64,000 bases of DNA from Octopus sinensis (Eukaryota), in the NCBI RefSeq assembly GCF_006345805.1, contig NC_043000.1, positions 116,932,001 to 116,996,000 on the forward strand. The letters are read 5' to 3'. The notes under the pieces were generated by a model. That model worked only from the letters and a program-made list of their open reading frames with translations. It had not been told where the DNA came from and did no database searches. The position numbers and the translations under genes were made by a program. The number at the start of each line of letters is the position of its first letter. The first letter of the stretch is position 1. Positions 35,096-48,840 of this stretch are shown here, one piece after another.

Positions 35096-37662
35096 CTAGC
35101 AGTATCGCCCGGCGTTGTTCGGGTTTGTAAGGGAAATAACTATATAAGCATTTTTAGAGAGTTACTTCCTTTATAGATGTCAATTCGGGCTTTCTTAGCC
35201 ATTTCTGTTTTGGTGTCTTCAAGCCATGAAGTCGTTGTTCTAAAAGAACGCTGGTCTCCTTGACAACGCATTACGACTTTAATTTCCTTACACTCCCTTC
35301 CCCACAGCTTCACGAGGGAGGGAAGAAGGGGGAGAAGCAACACAGGTGCAGGTGTTTGAGCGTGGACGCCAACTCCGCCGCCATCGACACACGAAAAATT
35401 ATGCATTAAAATGGAATAAAAAATGATGTTAAATTATTTTTAAAATCGTAGACTCATCGTAGACGCGCGCTAATAGCCAGACGGGCTCGATATTAATCAC
35501 GACTATACGATACCCGAATTTGGTTAAACTGCACCGCAAAATGTGGGAGGAGTTAGGAATCTAAATCGTAGGAGACAGACACTCACACAACTACAGTTTT
35601 ATATCTATACTAGCAGTATCGCCCGGCGTTGCTCGGGTTTGTAAGGGAAATAACTATATAAGCATTTTTAGAGAGTTACTTCCTTTATAGATGCCAATTC
35701 GGGCTTTCTTAGCCATTTCTGTTTTGGTGTCATCAAGCCATGAAGTCGTTGTTCTAAAAGAACGCTGGTCTCCTTGACAACGCATTACGACTTTAATTTC
35801 CTTACACTCCCTTCCCCACAGCTTCACGAGGGAGGGAAGAAGGGGGAGAAGCAACACAGGTGCAGGTGTTTGAGCGTGGACGCCAACTCCGCCGCCATCG
35901 ACACACGAAAAATTATGCATTAAAATGGAATAAAAAATGATGTTAAATTATTTTTAAAATCGTAGACTCATCGTAGACGCGCGCTAATAGCCAGACGGGC
36001 TCGATATTAATCACGACTATACGATACCCGAATTTGGTTAAACTGCACCGCAAAATGTGGGAGGAGTTAGGAATCTAAATCGTAGGAGACAGACACTCAC
36101 ACAACTACAGTTTTATATCTATACTAGCAGTATCGCCCGGCGTTGCTCGGGTTTGTAAGGGAAATAACTATATAAGCATTTTTAGAGAGTTACTTCCTTT
36201 ATAGATGCCAATTCGGGCTTTCTTAGCCATTTCTGTTTTGGTGTCATCAAGCCATGAAGTCGTTGTTCTAAAAGAACGCTGGTCTCCTTGACAACGCATT
36301 ACGACTTTAATTTCCTTACACTCCCTTCCCCACAGCTTCACGAGGGAGGGAAGAAGGGGGAGAAGCAACACAGGTGCAGGTGTTTGAGCGTGGACGCCAA
36401 CTCCGCCGCCATCGACACACGAAAAATTATGCATTAAAATGGAATAAAAAATGATGTTAAATTATTTTTAAAATCGTAGACTCATCGTAGACGCGCGTTA
36501 ATAGCCAGACGGGCTCAATATTAATCACGACTATAAGATACCCGAATTTGGTTAAACTGCACCGCAAAATGTGGGAGGAGTTAGGAATCTAAATCGTAGG
36601 AGACAGACACTCACACAACTACAGTTTTATATCTATACTAGCAGTATCGCCCGGCGTTGCTCGGGTTTGTAAGGGAAATAACTATATAAGCATTTTTAGA
36701 GAGTTACTTCCTTTATAGATGCCAATTCGGGCTTTCTTAGCCATTTCTGTTTTGGTGTCATCAAGCCATGAAGTCGTTGTTCTAAAAGAACGCTGGTCTC
36801 CTTGACAACGCATTACGACTTTAATTTCCTTACACTCCCTTCCCCACAGCTTCACGAGGGAGGGAAGAAGGGGGAGAAGCAACACAGGTGCAGGTGTTTG
36901 AGCGTGGACGCCAACTCCGCCGCCATCGACACACGAAAAATTATGCATTAAAATGGAATAAAAAATGATGTTAAATATTTTTAAAATCGTAGACTCATCG
37001 TAGACGCGCGCTAATAGCCAGACGGGCTCGATATTAATCACGACTATACGATACCCGAATTTGGTTAAACTGCACCGCAAAATGTGGAGGAGTTAGGAAT
37101 CTAAATCGTAGGAGACAGACACTCACACAACTACAGTTTTATATCTATACTAGCAGTATCGCCCGGCGTTGCTCGGGTTTGTAAGGGAAATAACTATATA
37201 AGCATTTTTAGAGAGTTACTTCCTTTATAGATGCCAATTCGGGCTTTCTTAGCCATTTCTGTTTTGGTGTCATCAAGCCATGAAGTCGTTGTTCTAAAAG
37301 AACGCTGGTCTCCTTGACAACGCATTACGACTTAATTTCCTTACACTCCTTCCCACAGCTTCACGAGGGAGGGAAGAAGGGGGAGAAGCAACACAGGTGC
37401 AGGTGTTTGAGCGTGGACGCCAACTCCGCCGCCATCGACACACGAAAAATTATGCATTAAAATGGAATAAAAAATGATGTTAAATTATTTTTAAAATCGT
37501 AGACTCATCGTAGACGCGCGTTAATAGCCAGACGGGCTCAATATTAATCACGACTATAAGATACCCGAATTTGGTTAAACTGCACCGCAAAATGTGGGAG
37601 GAGTTAGGAATCTAAATCGTAGGAGACAGACACTCACACAACTACAGTTTTATATATATAGA
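35096..37662 (-). mobile_element. Head-to-tail array of five ~514-bp non-autonomous Helitron units
   Basis: CTAG ends at 35096, 35610, 36124, 36638 and 37150, each with hairpin cccg-agcaacgc-cggg. The 5' TC is at 37662-37661 and the array is flanked by A and T. Confidence 0.9.
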
Positions 37663-37818
37663 TATATATAAAACTGAGTCAACTGAGTCAACGATTTAAA
37701 AAAAAATTATCATCATTTTTTATTCCATTTTTAATGCATTTTTTTGCTATAACTCTCTAAAAATGCTTATATAGTTATTTCCCTTACAAACCCGAGCAAC
37801 GCCGGGCGATACTGCTAG
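37663..37818 (+). mobile_element. Internally deleted inverted copy of the same Helitron
   Basis: Shares catcattttttattccatttt and the ~75-bp 3' end ...cccgagcaacgccgggcgatactgCTAG|T. Confidence 0.85.
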
Positions 37819-37835
37819 TATATAGATATATATAT

Positions 37836-38182
37836 ATTCTTTTATTTGTTTCAGTCATTTGACTGCGGCCAAGCTGGAGCATCGCCTTTTAGTCGAAGAA
37901 ATCGACTCACTGGATTTGTAAGCCTAATACTTATTCTATCGGTCTCTTTTGCCGAACCACTATGTTACGTGAATATAAATACGCCAACATCAGTTGTCAA
38001 GTGATTGTAGGGGGGGGGACAACACAGACAAATAAACACACACACACATATATACGACGGGCTTCCTTCAGTTTCCGTCTATCAAATCCACTCACAAGGC
38101 TTTGGTCGGTCCCAGGCTATAGTAGAAGACACTTGCACAAGGTGCCACGCAGTGGGACTGAACCCGTAACCATGTGGTTGGG
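37836..38182 (-). mobile_element. SINE family B
   Basis: Reverse-complement match. Confidence 0.85.
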
Positions 38183-38694
38183 TGGGTACTCGGCCTATAT
38201 TATTCAATGACTTCTTATTTAAGACGGCTGGAAAGTTTCAGATAGAGTTGGCTTATATTTCTAGCAAGTTGAACGGCCGCACATTTGTGACGTATTGGGC
38301 AATTTGGTTTGTTTCTTCAAAATTCATGGGAACGGTACGATGCAGAATATTATAACCTGCTCATAAATACAACAAACATAAAGTAGTGTAAGTCCACAAT
38401 CTATGAGCTTGTACGCGAATAAATTATTCAGTATATACGGTTTGAAAAGGTACTAAAATTTCGTTACACCATTTTAATAAAATTAGTATAAAAAATTAAG
38501 AGACAAACTAGTGACTGTCGACATGAAGCGTGTAAGAATTAATCGAATGTACGACCTGTTTCAAATTTTGCTTACGTCAGTAATGTTATTATAAGGTTAT
38601 GAACGTCAAAATTTTGCAATAAATATTTAGAATGCATTTAAAATTTCAGGAATATGCTAGTATATCTGAATGCAATAAAAAGGAGTGGCATATA

Positions 38695-39110
38695 TATTTC
38701 TTTACTGCCCACAAGGGGCTAAATTAGAGGGGACAAACAAGGACGGACAAACGGATTAAGTCGATTACATCGACCCCAGTGCGAAACTGGTACTTTATTT
38801 ATCGACCCCGAAAGGATGAAAGGCAAAGTCGACCTCGGCGGAATTTGAACTCAGAACTTAACGACAGACGAAATACCTATTTCTTTACTACCCACAAGCG
38901 GCTAAACACAGAGAGGACAAACAAGGACAGACAGACGGATTGAGTCAATTACATCGACCCCAGTGCGTAAATGGTACTTAATTTATCGACCCCGAAAGGA
39001 TGAAAGGCAAAGTCGACCTCGGCGGAATTTGAACTCAGAACGTAGCGGCAGACGAATTACCGCTAAGCATTTCACCCGGCGTGCTAACTTTTCTGCCAGC
39101 TCGCCGCCTT
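38695..39110 (-). mobile_element. SINE family A dimer with 15-bp TSD
   Basis: aaggagtggcatata at 38680-38694 and 39111-39125. Confidence 0.9.
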
Positions 39111-41098
39111 AAGGAGTGGCATATAGACTGAAATCCGCTATTAATATTTCCGCTAGATACACAAATTTCATCTGTATTCTAGGCACACTATGATTGATCT
39201 TAAACTCAGTTTTCATTGGCATAATTGACCAATGGAGGGTGTCAAAAAGAAATTAATATGTTCTTGGTGAGGAAAGATACATTTTTCTCTCAAAAGTTTA
39301 GACGCCCTGTGGTTAAGACTTTTGATTCGAAGCCACGAGATATCAAGTTCGTTTTTATTGTGCAACCGTCAAGTTTTTTTTGCCACACGTTCTGTGACCC
39401 TACTCAATGATTATTTGTTCTTTTTGGCCTTATTCTGTTTTCAGTCTTTACGTTTGTTAATGGCGGAATTCGTGTTTTCTGTTGCGGTTCGGTCTATTTT
39501 CCATTATGACTGTGGTCTCCATAATCTGAGTGCTGTATCAGTTCTATGTGTGGATAGGACGTTAGTTTGTATATCCTCTATCGAGCCCTTATGTTCTGGT
39601 TTGGCATATTGGTGTAACACTGACGAGCTTTTCTCCTTGAGCTTTCGCCAGTCTTATTTTATCCCTTTTCCTATGCTACGGGCAGTCCATCCGATATTTT
39701 TTCATTCTTTGAGATATGTTACTCGAGGATATCATGGGTTAGTCGATCAAATCAACTTCAATGCTCAAATGTCACGCTATTTTCTGATCTGAGGAGGATA
39801 AAATGCAAAGCCGATCTTAGAGCGATTTGAAATCAAAACGCAAATAACTGTAACTAAATATTGCAATGCATTTTGTCTAACGAATTCGCCAATACACACC
39901 TCTCTATAATGGAGGATATAATATTCTTACGAATTTTAGCACAAGGCCAAAAGTTTCGAGTGGAAGCGGTAAGTCAATTGAGTCGACCAAAGTGCTCAGT
40001 TAGCTTTTATTTTATCGACCCCGGAAGGATAAAAGGCAAAGTCAAACATCGCGGAATTTGAACTCAGAGCGTAAGGAGCAACAATCATTTCATTCAATGT
40101 ATTAGCGAGTCTGCATGTTTGCTGCGTTCACGGAAGTTATAGTATGTAAATATGAGCGATGGCAATATATAATATATTTTGTAACCTACATGATAAGTTA
40201 TTTAGTTTAAAATGTTTGAGCTCATCCGTCGATATTTCTAGTGAGTCAAATGTAATTCACAGACCTACGATCAAAAGCATCACCGCCGTGATTGATAAGT
40301 CTCTTTGTTTTGAAGCAACATATGATTTAAGAGAAAACTGGGTGATTTTTCTATCCGTCGAACGACGATCTGAGATTTCTTTGTTGCTTGACGAGTTAAC
40401 TGCGGAGGCGACATTTTCTTTATACTCGAGGAAAACATATATTTCGGGCTGTGCATAGATACATAAAAAAAAATAAATGCGTACAAACACTTACGGTTAG
40501 GTTCATGCACACTCACAGGCACACATATACATATGCTTACGTAATGTACATTTACATACACAAGCACAGAAATGTATACTGACGCACATGTACATACGCG
40601 CACATACACATATTTATCAGAAGCAGACGTAGCAGATAGGGTCAATGCAAAAGGCATTCGTTGAGGAATTTTATTCCAAAATTCATATAGACTTAGAACC
40701 GAGCTCCACGTGACATCAGGAGACCAGGAGACACAGTGTTTCTGCGTGTTTTCGCCTCTTCCGTGGTAGATACCGGAACTACTTTTCAAATATATATAAC
40801 AAACTACAAAAATACAGTAACTTTTATAAAAAGACAAAATACCGCAGTGAAACCGATTCGTGTTCTAGTATGTAAAGACGTCTGAAATATAAATGTACAT
40901 AATCTTTCATATTGGTTCTCGCTGTCCCATATGTTAGGACTAAATTACTTCTAACCTTGTAAACCTCAACAAATGCTGGCATATGTATGCTTTTCCGTTT
41001 CCTATATTTAAGATCAAAAGTTCCAGCTTAGGTCTATCTGACCGAAACGGTATATACCATTTGATGATCAAAATCACGCCGAAGTATCCATTATTTAA

Positions 41099-41335
41099 AG
41101 GCGGCGAGCTGGCAGAAACGTTAGCGCGCCGGGTGAAATGCTTAGCGGTATTTCGTCTGCCGCTACGTTCTGAGTTCAAATTCCGCCGAGGTCGACTTTG
41201 CCTTTCATCCTTTCGGGGTCGATAAATTAAGTACCATTTACGCACTGGGGTCGATATAATCGACTTAATCCGTTTGTCTGTCCTTGTTTGTCCTCTCTGT
41301 GTTTAACTCCTTGTGGGTAGTAAAGAAATAGGTAT
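41099..41335 (+). mobile_element. SINE family A (full length)
   Basis: Near-consensus copy. Confidence 0.9.
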
Positions 41336-42204
41336 TCATTATTTTAAGCACATTAGAATGTGAAAGGCATATAATACGGGATTTTGTCCAAAACAATAAA
41401 CTTTTTAATAGACATTCCGTGTAAAAAATAGTCGTCGACCTTCCTTCATTAGAATTCCTTTACCAGCTATAATGATGACACATAATATCAGAAACTGAAT
41501 ATCAATAAAGATATCACAAATATTAAATATAAAATGTAATGAATGTTTTATTAGATTCTTTGTTGCAAAGATTATTTGAAAAGAAAAAAAGATGCAAAAT
41601 CCTACTTCCGTCTTGCATGAATAATACATGAATTACTAAGCTGCTTAGAAAGCTTAGTTGTCAAAAGCAAGCGAGGGCCACCTAGTTAGCTTCCAACACG
41701 TTTTTGTAAATATTTTAGGCGTCTAGATAGTTTATAAGCGGACATAGACGCCATCGGGACGCTCCTACCTTTGGCCCATCGATGATGTGATAGCTGGGGA
41801 GAAAGAGAGACGAGCAGACGTAGAATGAAGCAACGTAGAGCCAAGTTACTTTGCACAAGGACACATTACATTGCTTGGTTCAGAATTCGAACCCACGACC
41901 TTACACGCAGATATTGCACATTCTAACCACTAGGCCACATGCATTCTTTGGACACACGCACACATACACAGAAAGACATACATAGATACATACATCATTT
42001 AAATATATATGAGCATGTCTATATATACAACTATATGCATGAGAAGACACACATAAAACAAACCATACAAATATGCACATATACATACATACATACATAA
42101 AACAGACAAAACAACAAGCGCCTGGAGGAGATACTGCTGCCCTGGGTCAAAATGTGGCTGCTGCAATACCCTATGTCTGACAACAGGACTCTGCATCATG
42201 CCAC

Positions 42205-42618
42205 ACTAGCAGGATAACCCGTCAACCGTTGTCAGGCAATTTCTGTGATCCCATCATCCCTCACATCTGGACACCTAACTCTCCAGACTGCAACGCCCTT
42301 GATTATCATGTGCTGGGCGCAGTAGAGCGAGGGACCAACAAAACATTTTGTAACACCAAGGATCAACTAAAGTCAAGGATTATGGCAGCATTCACAAAGT
42401 TTAACAAGGAAACAGCCCAGAAGAGTTTCAGGAGATTCCGATGTCATCTGGAGACTGGGGTTGAAGACAATGGCGATTTTATCGAATAAATTTACTCTTT
42501 AGCATTCCAAGATACTTTTCTGCATTTTTGGTATATATATATATATCTGTTAGAATTAGAGAGCAGTGTTATTTTCATTTTTGAGTAATTTAGACGACTG
42601 TTTATTCACTGCACCCTG
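42205..42618 (+). mobile_element. Mariner/maT-like (DDxD) transposase C-terminal remnant with right TIR
   Basis: HIWTPNSPDCNALDYHVLGAVE...DNGDFIE*, ending ...gcaccctg|TA. Confidence 0.7.
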
Positions 42619-42887
42619 TACACACGCATACGCACACACACACACACATACACACACACACACACACACACGTGGTCGACATGCCACGCACTTGGAAACT
42701 GAACCCAGAACAATGCGGCCAAGAAGCAAACTTCTTACCTCACAACCACGCCTGCACCTATTGACTGATATACATACATACAACACCCCACACTCACACA
42801 TACGCATAATTATGTATACATTGTTTAATATCTTGGATATTGTTTACTTTGTAATTAAAGTTGTTTTTAGCTTTTACTTGCTTCAGT

Positions 42888-42906
42888 CATATATATATAT
42901 ATATAT

Positions 42907-42964
<58 letters not shown>

Positions 42965-43305
42965 GTATGTATATATATGTATATATATATATATGTATAT
43001 ATATGTATATATATATGTATGTATATATATATGTATGTATATATATGTATATATGTATGTATATATATGTATATATATATATATGTATATATATATACAT
43101 ATATATGTATATATATATGTACATATATATGTATATATATATTTATATGTATATATATATGTACATATATATGTATATATATATATTTATATGTATATAT
43201 ATGTATATATATACATATATATATACATATATATACATATATATATATACATATATATACATATATATATGTATATACATATATATACATACATACATAC
43301 ATATG
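42888..43305 (+). repeat. Long compound (AT)n/(ATGT)n microsatellite
   Basis: Direct inspection. Source of the 318-aa artefact ORF. Confidence 0.95.
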
Positions 43306-43982
43306 CATAGATTATGTTCTTTTTACAACAGATACGAGTATAGATTACTTTAATCTCCTTCTCCGTTGTTCTTCTTCAAAATCACTACGTAACATGTATT
43401 TCCAGGTCATTACATTTTCCTTTTTTGCACACATTTTTCGTATGTATTGGCTTTTTTTTCCCCTTTTTATACATATCTCTAGTTCAAAGCGATTCGTTTT
43501 TTTTCCTTTCACAAACACATGATACGACTTCCATCTCTTCTGTTAATATTCATTGTCTTCCACATTTTCCTTTATTATTCATTCTTCCTGTAATATTCAA
43601 CGTATTGTGACAGTTTGTTCTCATTTAACTAATCTCGATAACTTTTTCACCAAAATTAGTTGCCTTTTTCTCACAACCCGACAAATTATTCTGCTCGAAA
43701 CGTCAGCCTTCTGCCCTTTTTCACGGCGTAAAATATATTTCCTTGTGTGAACTCGCATTATAATTTGTCGGCGCAGATTTAACTGTTTTCTTAAATAATA
43801 TGTATATAACAAGAACACTTTTTAAAATTATATATAGTATTTTTACAGGGGAGATATGACTATCCGCAACTGTTGCTTTCTTTCTGACGTCACTTAGCAA
43901 CCATCACGATCTCGTGTACGATGATGTGTATATGGGGGGAGACACACAAATATACATTTGCATTTTATACATATTATATATA

Positions 43983-44065
<83 letters not shown>

Positions 44066-44522
44066 CGAGATAAAGACGCACACATACACATAAATAATGA
44101 TATAATTTATATTGACGATAGACGGTATGAAATATTCTTCATGTTATAAAATACAATTTGGTTCTAAAAACAGCAGAAAGGAAAAAAAAATGACTGAGAA
44201 ATCAATATCTGTAAAACAAATTAATGAGAATATTCGAAATATATATCAGCAGAATATTTCGCTGGTGTATCAGAACAATTAATAACTTTTAAAGTTATTT
44301 CACGAGGAAAGTCCTTGCCTTTACCTTTTATTTATTTTATTTATTTATTTGTCATTGGCCGCGCCCGTGCTGGGGCACCGCCTGGAACAATTGTAGTCGA
44401 ATGAATTGTTGCCTCGATTTATCTTTCTTCTAAACCTGGTAATAATTCTAGCGGCTGTCTTTTGCCGAACCGCTAAGTTACGGTGACGTAAACACACCAA
44501 CACCGGTGGCCAAGTTGTGGTA

Positions 44523-44562
<40 letters not shown>

Positions 44563-44571
44563 ATTCTTTTA

Positions 44572-44979
44572 TTCTGTTACTTGTTTCAGTCATTTAACTG
44601 TGGCCATGCTAGAGCACCGCCTCTAGTCGAACAAATCGACTCCAGGACTTATTCTTTGTAAGCCTAGTAGTTATTCTATCGGTCACTTTTGCCAAACCGC
44701 TAAGTTACAGTGACGTAAACGCACCAACATCGGTTGTCAAGAGATGGGAGTGGTTGACAAACACACACAGGCATGCACCCATACAGGCACACACACACAT
44801 ATATATATATATACGACGGGCTTCTTTCAGTTTCTGTCTACCAAATCCAATCACAGGGTTTTGGTAAGCCCGAGGCTATAGTACAAGACGCTTGTCCAAG
44901 GTGCCACGCAGTAGGACTGAACCCGGAACCATGTGGTTGGTAAGCAAGCTACTTACCACACAGCCACTCCTGCGCCTAT
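44572..44979 (-). mobile_element. SINE family B (full length)
   Basis: Reverse-complement match. A partial copy lies at 44340-44540. Confidence 0.9.
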
Positions 44980-44988
44980 GTACGTATA

Positions 44989-45024
<36 letters not shown>

Positions 45025-46161
45025 TGTATGTATGTATGTATGTATGTATGTATGTATGTATGTATACATGATACCTTGTTTTGTCCGCGGTGGAATGACT
45101 AATAGAATTTACAAACGTTAAAATATATACGTTTGTTTGTCAGAATGTGTGGTTGTGTATACATCAATGTGCGATTTTATTCATGAGTAAATAAATCGGG
45201 TTGGGAGTAGCTATTCACAGTCCCCGATACAATGATGTAATGGAAAATTATATTTGTTTCTATGCTCAGAATTTTGCTCTTGGTGCAGTAAATTTAATAA
45301 CTGCAATAGCTGGAACATTAACACCTCCCTCAGAATTATCATAAATACGCACATCTACGGATCTTTGGCAGTGAATTAACATCAGAAACTATTATGCAGT
45401 TAATAAGTTTTATCTGTAATTTGGATTATTTCTGCAGACGCAGACATGGCTGTGTGGTAAGAAGCTTGCTTCCCAACCATACAATTTCGGGTTATGCGTC
45501 GCTGCATGACACTTTGGGTAGCTGATGAACAAAGTTTCCAGGGTGAAATTAGTAGAGGGAAACTGAAAGGATTCCATCGTATGGATGTGTGTATATTTAT
45601 GTATATGTGTGTCTTGACAACCCAACCGGTTTCGGAGAAAAAACCGTTGGAATAAGTAATGGAGTCGATTTGTTCGACTAAAATCCTTCAGTGTGGTACT
45701 CTAGTATGGTTGCATTTCAATGACTGAAGCATGGAGAAAATATAAGGTTATAAGAGGAATGTAGATTTTCCGGAATTGGGAGAGTGTCGGATAACATATT
45801 TTGCGGCATATAGTTCTAAGTTAAAATCCATTATGTTCTGAGTTAAAATCACACCATAGCCGTCTTTGTCCTTTACAATCTTAGTACCGTTATTATAGGT
45901 TATCAGTAGACTCCATTGAAGATCTCCATTTCAAACCAAAGTGAAATCCCAAATTAAGTATATGGCATCCTGCTACGGTCCCATGCACTTATAGCTCTCT
46001 GCGAGACAAACAATGCGTTAGGTGATATCTCCATGCTGGTTTTTTATAGAACAAAGATTTCCAGACATTTTCTCCACCACGGATGGTTTCAGGCAAGACA
46101 ATTTCTCCGCAGACCGGAAGACCACAAGCATAACAAAAGACAATGAAGTGTATAATATATA

Positions 46162-46217
<56 letters not shown>

Positions 46218-47460
46218 ATATATATATAATATATATATATATAAAGTGTATATAATTGATAAGAAGAATGACCACTAAACTGGAATCCTATACGCTAGAA
46301 ATAGACGTCAAATTGCCTTACGACAAAGAGGTAAAATGAACGCCAAAATGTAAAAAAAAGTGTATATATATAATATATAATTTATAATTATTACGTATAT
46401 AAGGCAAATATAAATCAAAACCACCCTCTAGATTGCTATAGTCAATAAAAGAGGAATAAAATTCTAAACATTTATTCTTTCTATGCGTCCCGGTACGAAA
46501 TGACCCAAATGGTCGGTAGCGCAGTGGTTGACGACTTTTAGTATAAAAGGTTAGTGTTGAGGAAAACGAAATCTTCAGACAAAATCTAAACGCTGCTGAG
46601 GAGTATCAAATGACTGGTCTATTTCGGAGGATTCTTCAGCGAAGTGATTATGAATAGCTATGAAATTCCTAGCCTGGCAGTGCTCGTGGGAGAATTTTTC
46701 CATTTGTGATAAACTCTAGAGATTCAAAAGTTAGGTGGACATACATGAAATACGAGCAGATGATGATACTGTCCTTCACATGTTCTGTGCCCGAGCATTA
46801 TTCACTTCGGCAGTTCTTTCTACAAAAAGTAATTGTCGCGTGTAAAGTGTATCTATCTATTGCTGACGAGTCCATCATTAAGTAGGAAAGGCCACATTTC
46901 TTTAGTGATAGATTCATGGCTGAAAAATCATCCAGAACAGACCAGCGCTCAGAACTATGTTAGAGAACATGATCGCTCTATCATACCACTACTTCTCAAT
47001 AGAATATCAACATAGACGCTCCTCTAAACAGACTGCTCGACTTGTAGGGAGATAAAAATTAATAACGCCATTCCATATTGTGGATGCTTAGTTTTGATTT
47101 TCAAAAGAGAAAGGCCACCAGTTTTATTCTATATTGTAGCGATGACTACTAACCTCAAGGTTGTAGTGCTTAGCGTTATTTTTTAAAGAGGGTTAAACAG
47201 AGAATTAAATATTTTATGTACGATAACGCTTCTCAAAGTAAACCCAGCAGTTTTATCACCAACTCCGATCATATTAACATAATCAACGTCATTTGAAGAA
47301 CATAATAACGTTATACAAATGAAAATAAAAAGTCGATAGATGTGAAAATTACACGAGTAGCTACAACAGTGATAGCGATAATCATGTCAACATAAAATAT
47401 TAAAGTAATGAAAATGTAACAGTGGAGGAAAATTAAATATGTTTGTTACAAATAGTTTTG

Positions 47461-47624
47461 GTGCGTAGGGTAGGCTGTGTGGTAAGTAGCTTGCTTACTA
47501 ACCACATGGTTCCGGGTTCATTCCCACTGCGTGGCACCTTGGGCAAGTGTCTTCTACTATAGCCTCGGGCCGACCAAAGCCTTGTGAGTAAATTTGGTAG
47601 ACGGAAACAGAAAGAAGCCCGTCG

Positions 47625-47681
<57 letters not shown>

Positions 47682-47885
47682 CTGTGTTTGTCCCCCCAAC
47701 ATCACTTGACAACCGATGCTGCCGTGTTTATGTCCCCGTAACTTAGCGGTTCGGCAAAAGAGACCGATAGAATAAGTACTAGACTTACAAAGAATAAGTC
47801 CTGGGGTCGATTTGCTCGACTAAAGGCGGTGCTGCAGCATGGCCACAGTCAAATGATTGAAACAAGTAAAAGAATAAAGAAAAGA
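47461..47885 (+). mobile_element. SINE family B (full length)
   Basis: Near-consensus copy. Confidence 0.9.
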
Positions 47886-48182
47886 ATGATTAACGAGAAG
47901 AGCTGAGAACAATGTCGACGATAATAATTCTTCAGGGCATTGTACCAACATGGCTGCAGTTTTATGACTGAAACAAATAAATGAGTAAAAGATTATATGT
48001 CAGGTGGAGAAAAAGGAAATACAACTTTTTCTGGTTTTGTCAGAAAGAAAAATTGCAAACATTTAGGTGTATACACAAAAGAAGGCAGCAGGATGAATTC
48101 AAAAGAGATATCGACAGAACTGAGGCAATATAATAACCACTCAAGAAAGACTGTCTCTTTTTTGCTTATTATCTCTCACAGT

Positions 48183-48570
48183 GGGGGCGAAATGGCCCAG
48201 TAGTTAGGGCAGTGGACTCGCGGTCGTAGGATCGCGGTTTCGATTCCTAGACCGGGCGTTGTGAGTGTTTATGGAACGAAAACACCTAAAGATTCACAAG
48301 GCTCCTGCAGTGGATGGTGGCGAATCCTGCTGTGCTTTTTCACCACAACTTTCTCTCACTCTTTCTTCCTATTTCTGTTTTTCTGTATTTCCTGTATTTC
48401 AAAGGGCCAGCCTTGACACACTCTGTGCCACTCGCAATCTCCCCGGGAACTACGTTAAGGGTACACGCGACTGTGGAGTGCTCAGCCACTTGCAGGTTAA
48501 TTTCATGAGCAGGTTGTTCCGTTGATCGGACCGACTGGAACTTTCGTCGTCGTAGCTGACTGAGCACCAC
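48183..48570 (+). mobile_element. tRNA-derived SINE family C
   Basis: Head tggcccagtagttagggcag...ggtttcgattcc. Matches 51691-52072. Confidence 0.85.
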
Positions 48571-48840
48571 TATTAGCTCTCATTTTCCTGCTGGTGAGGC
48601 AAACGTTTAGCTCTTAAACTGTAAAACTTTTTTAAGAGCTAAACGCTAGGATCTGTTATCAGAAGTGAACATTTCGAAAACGTTAAGGCGACGGTAATAT
48701 CGTCTGACATGACCATTTGGTTTAGCATATCTTTCATCAATAAGATCTTTCTGCTGTCCAGCATCGGGTAAATGTGAAGATTGAATCAAGGTACGACTGT
48801 ATGTCTACATGATGATCTACATGATGGTGACGTCATATAT

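Noticed and set aside
35140-37080. Repeated 88-aa ORFs
   Set aside because: They are by-products of the Helitron tandem units, with no domain features.
35096-37662. Regular repeat array as a CRISPR or host satellite
   Set aside because: There are no unique spacers, and the units have Helitron termini.
39620-39655. CTGACGA-gct...agc hairpin
   Set aside because: No GAAA follows the stem.
42566-43522. 318-aa ORF and the many YI/HT/CV-rich ORFs in the track
   Set aside because: They are translations of (AT)n, (AC)n and (ATGT)n microsatellites.
43700-43712. GAAACGTC half-motif
   Set aside because: No upstream core or stem I partner.
46610-46650. Minus-strand CTGAAGA...GAAA
   Set aside because: The intervening 7 nt cannot form stem II, and stem I does not pair.
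48183-48260. tRNA genes at SINE heads (also 41880, 51691, 55150)
   Set aside because: Cloverleaves are incomplete and continue into SINE bodies, so they are SINE promoters rather than tRNAs.
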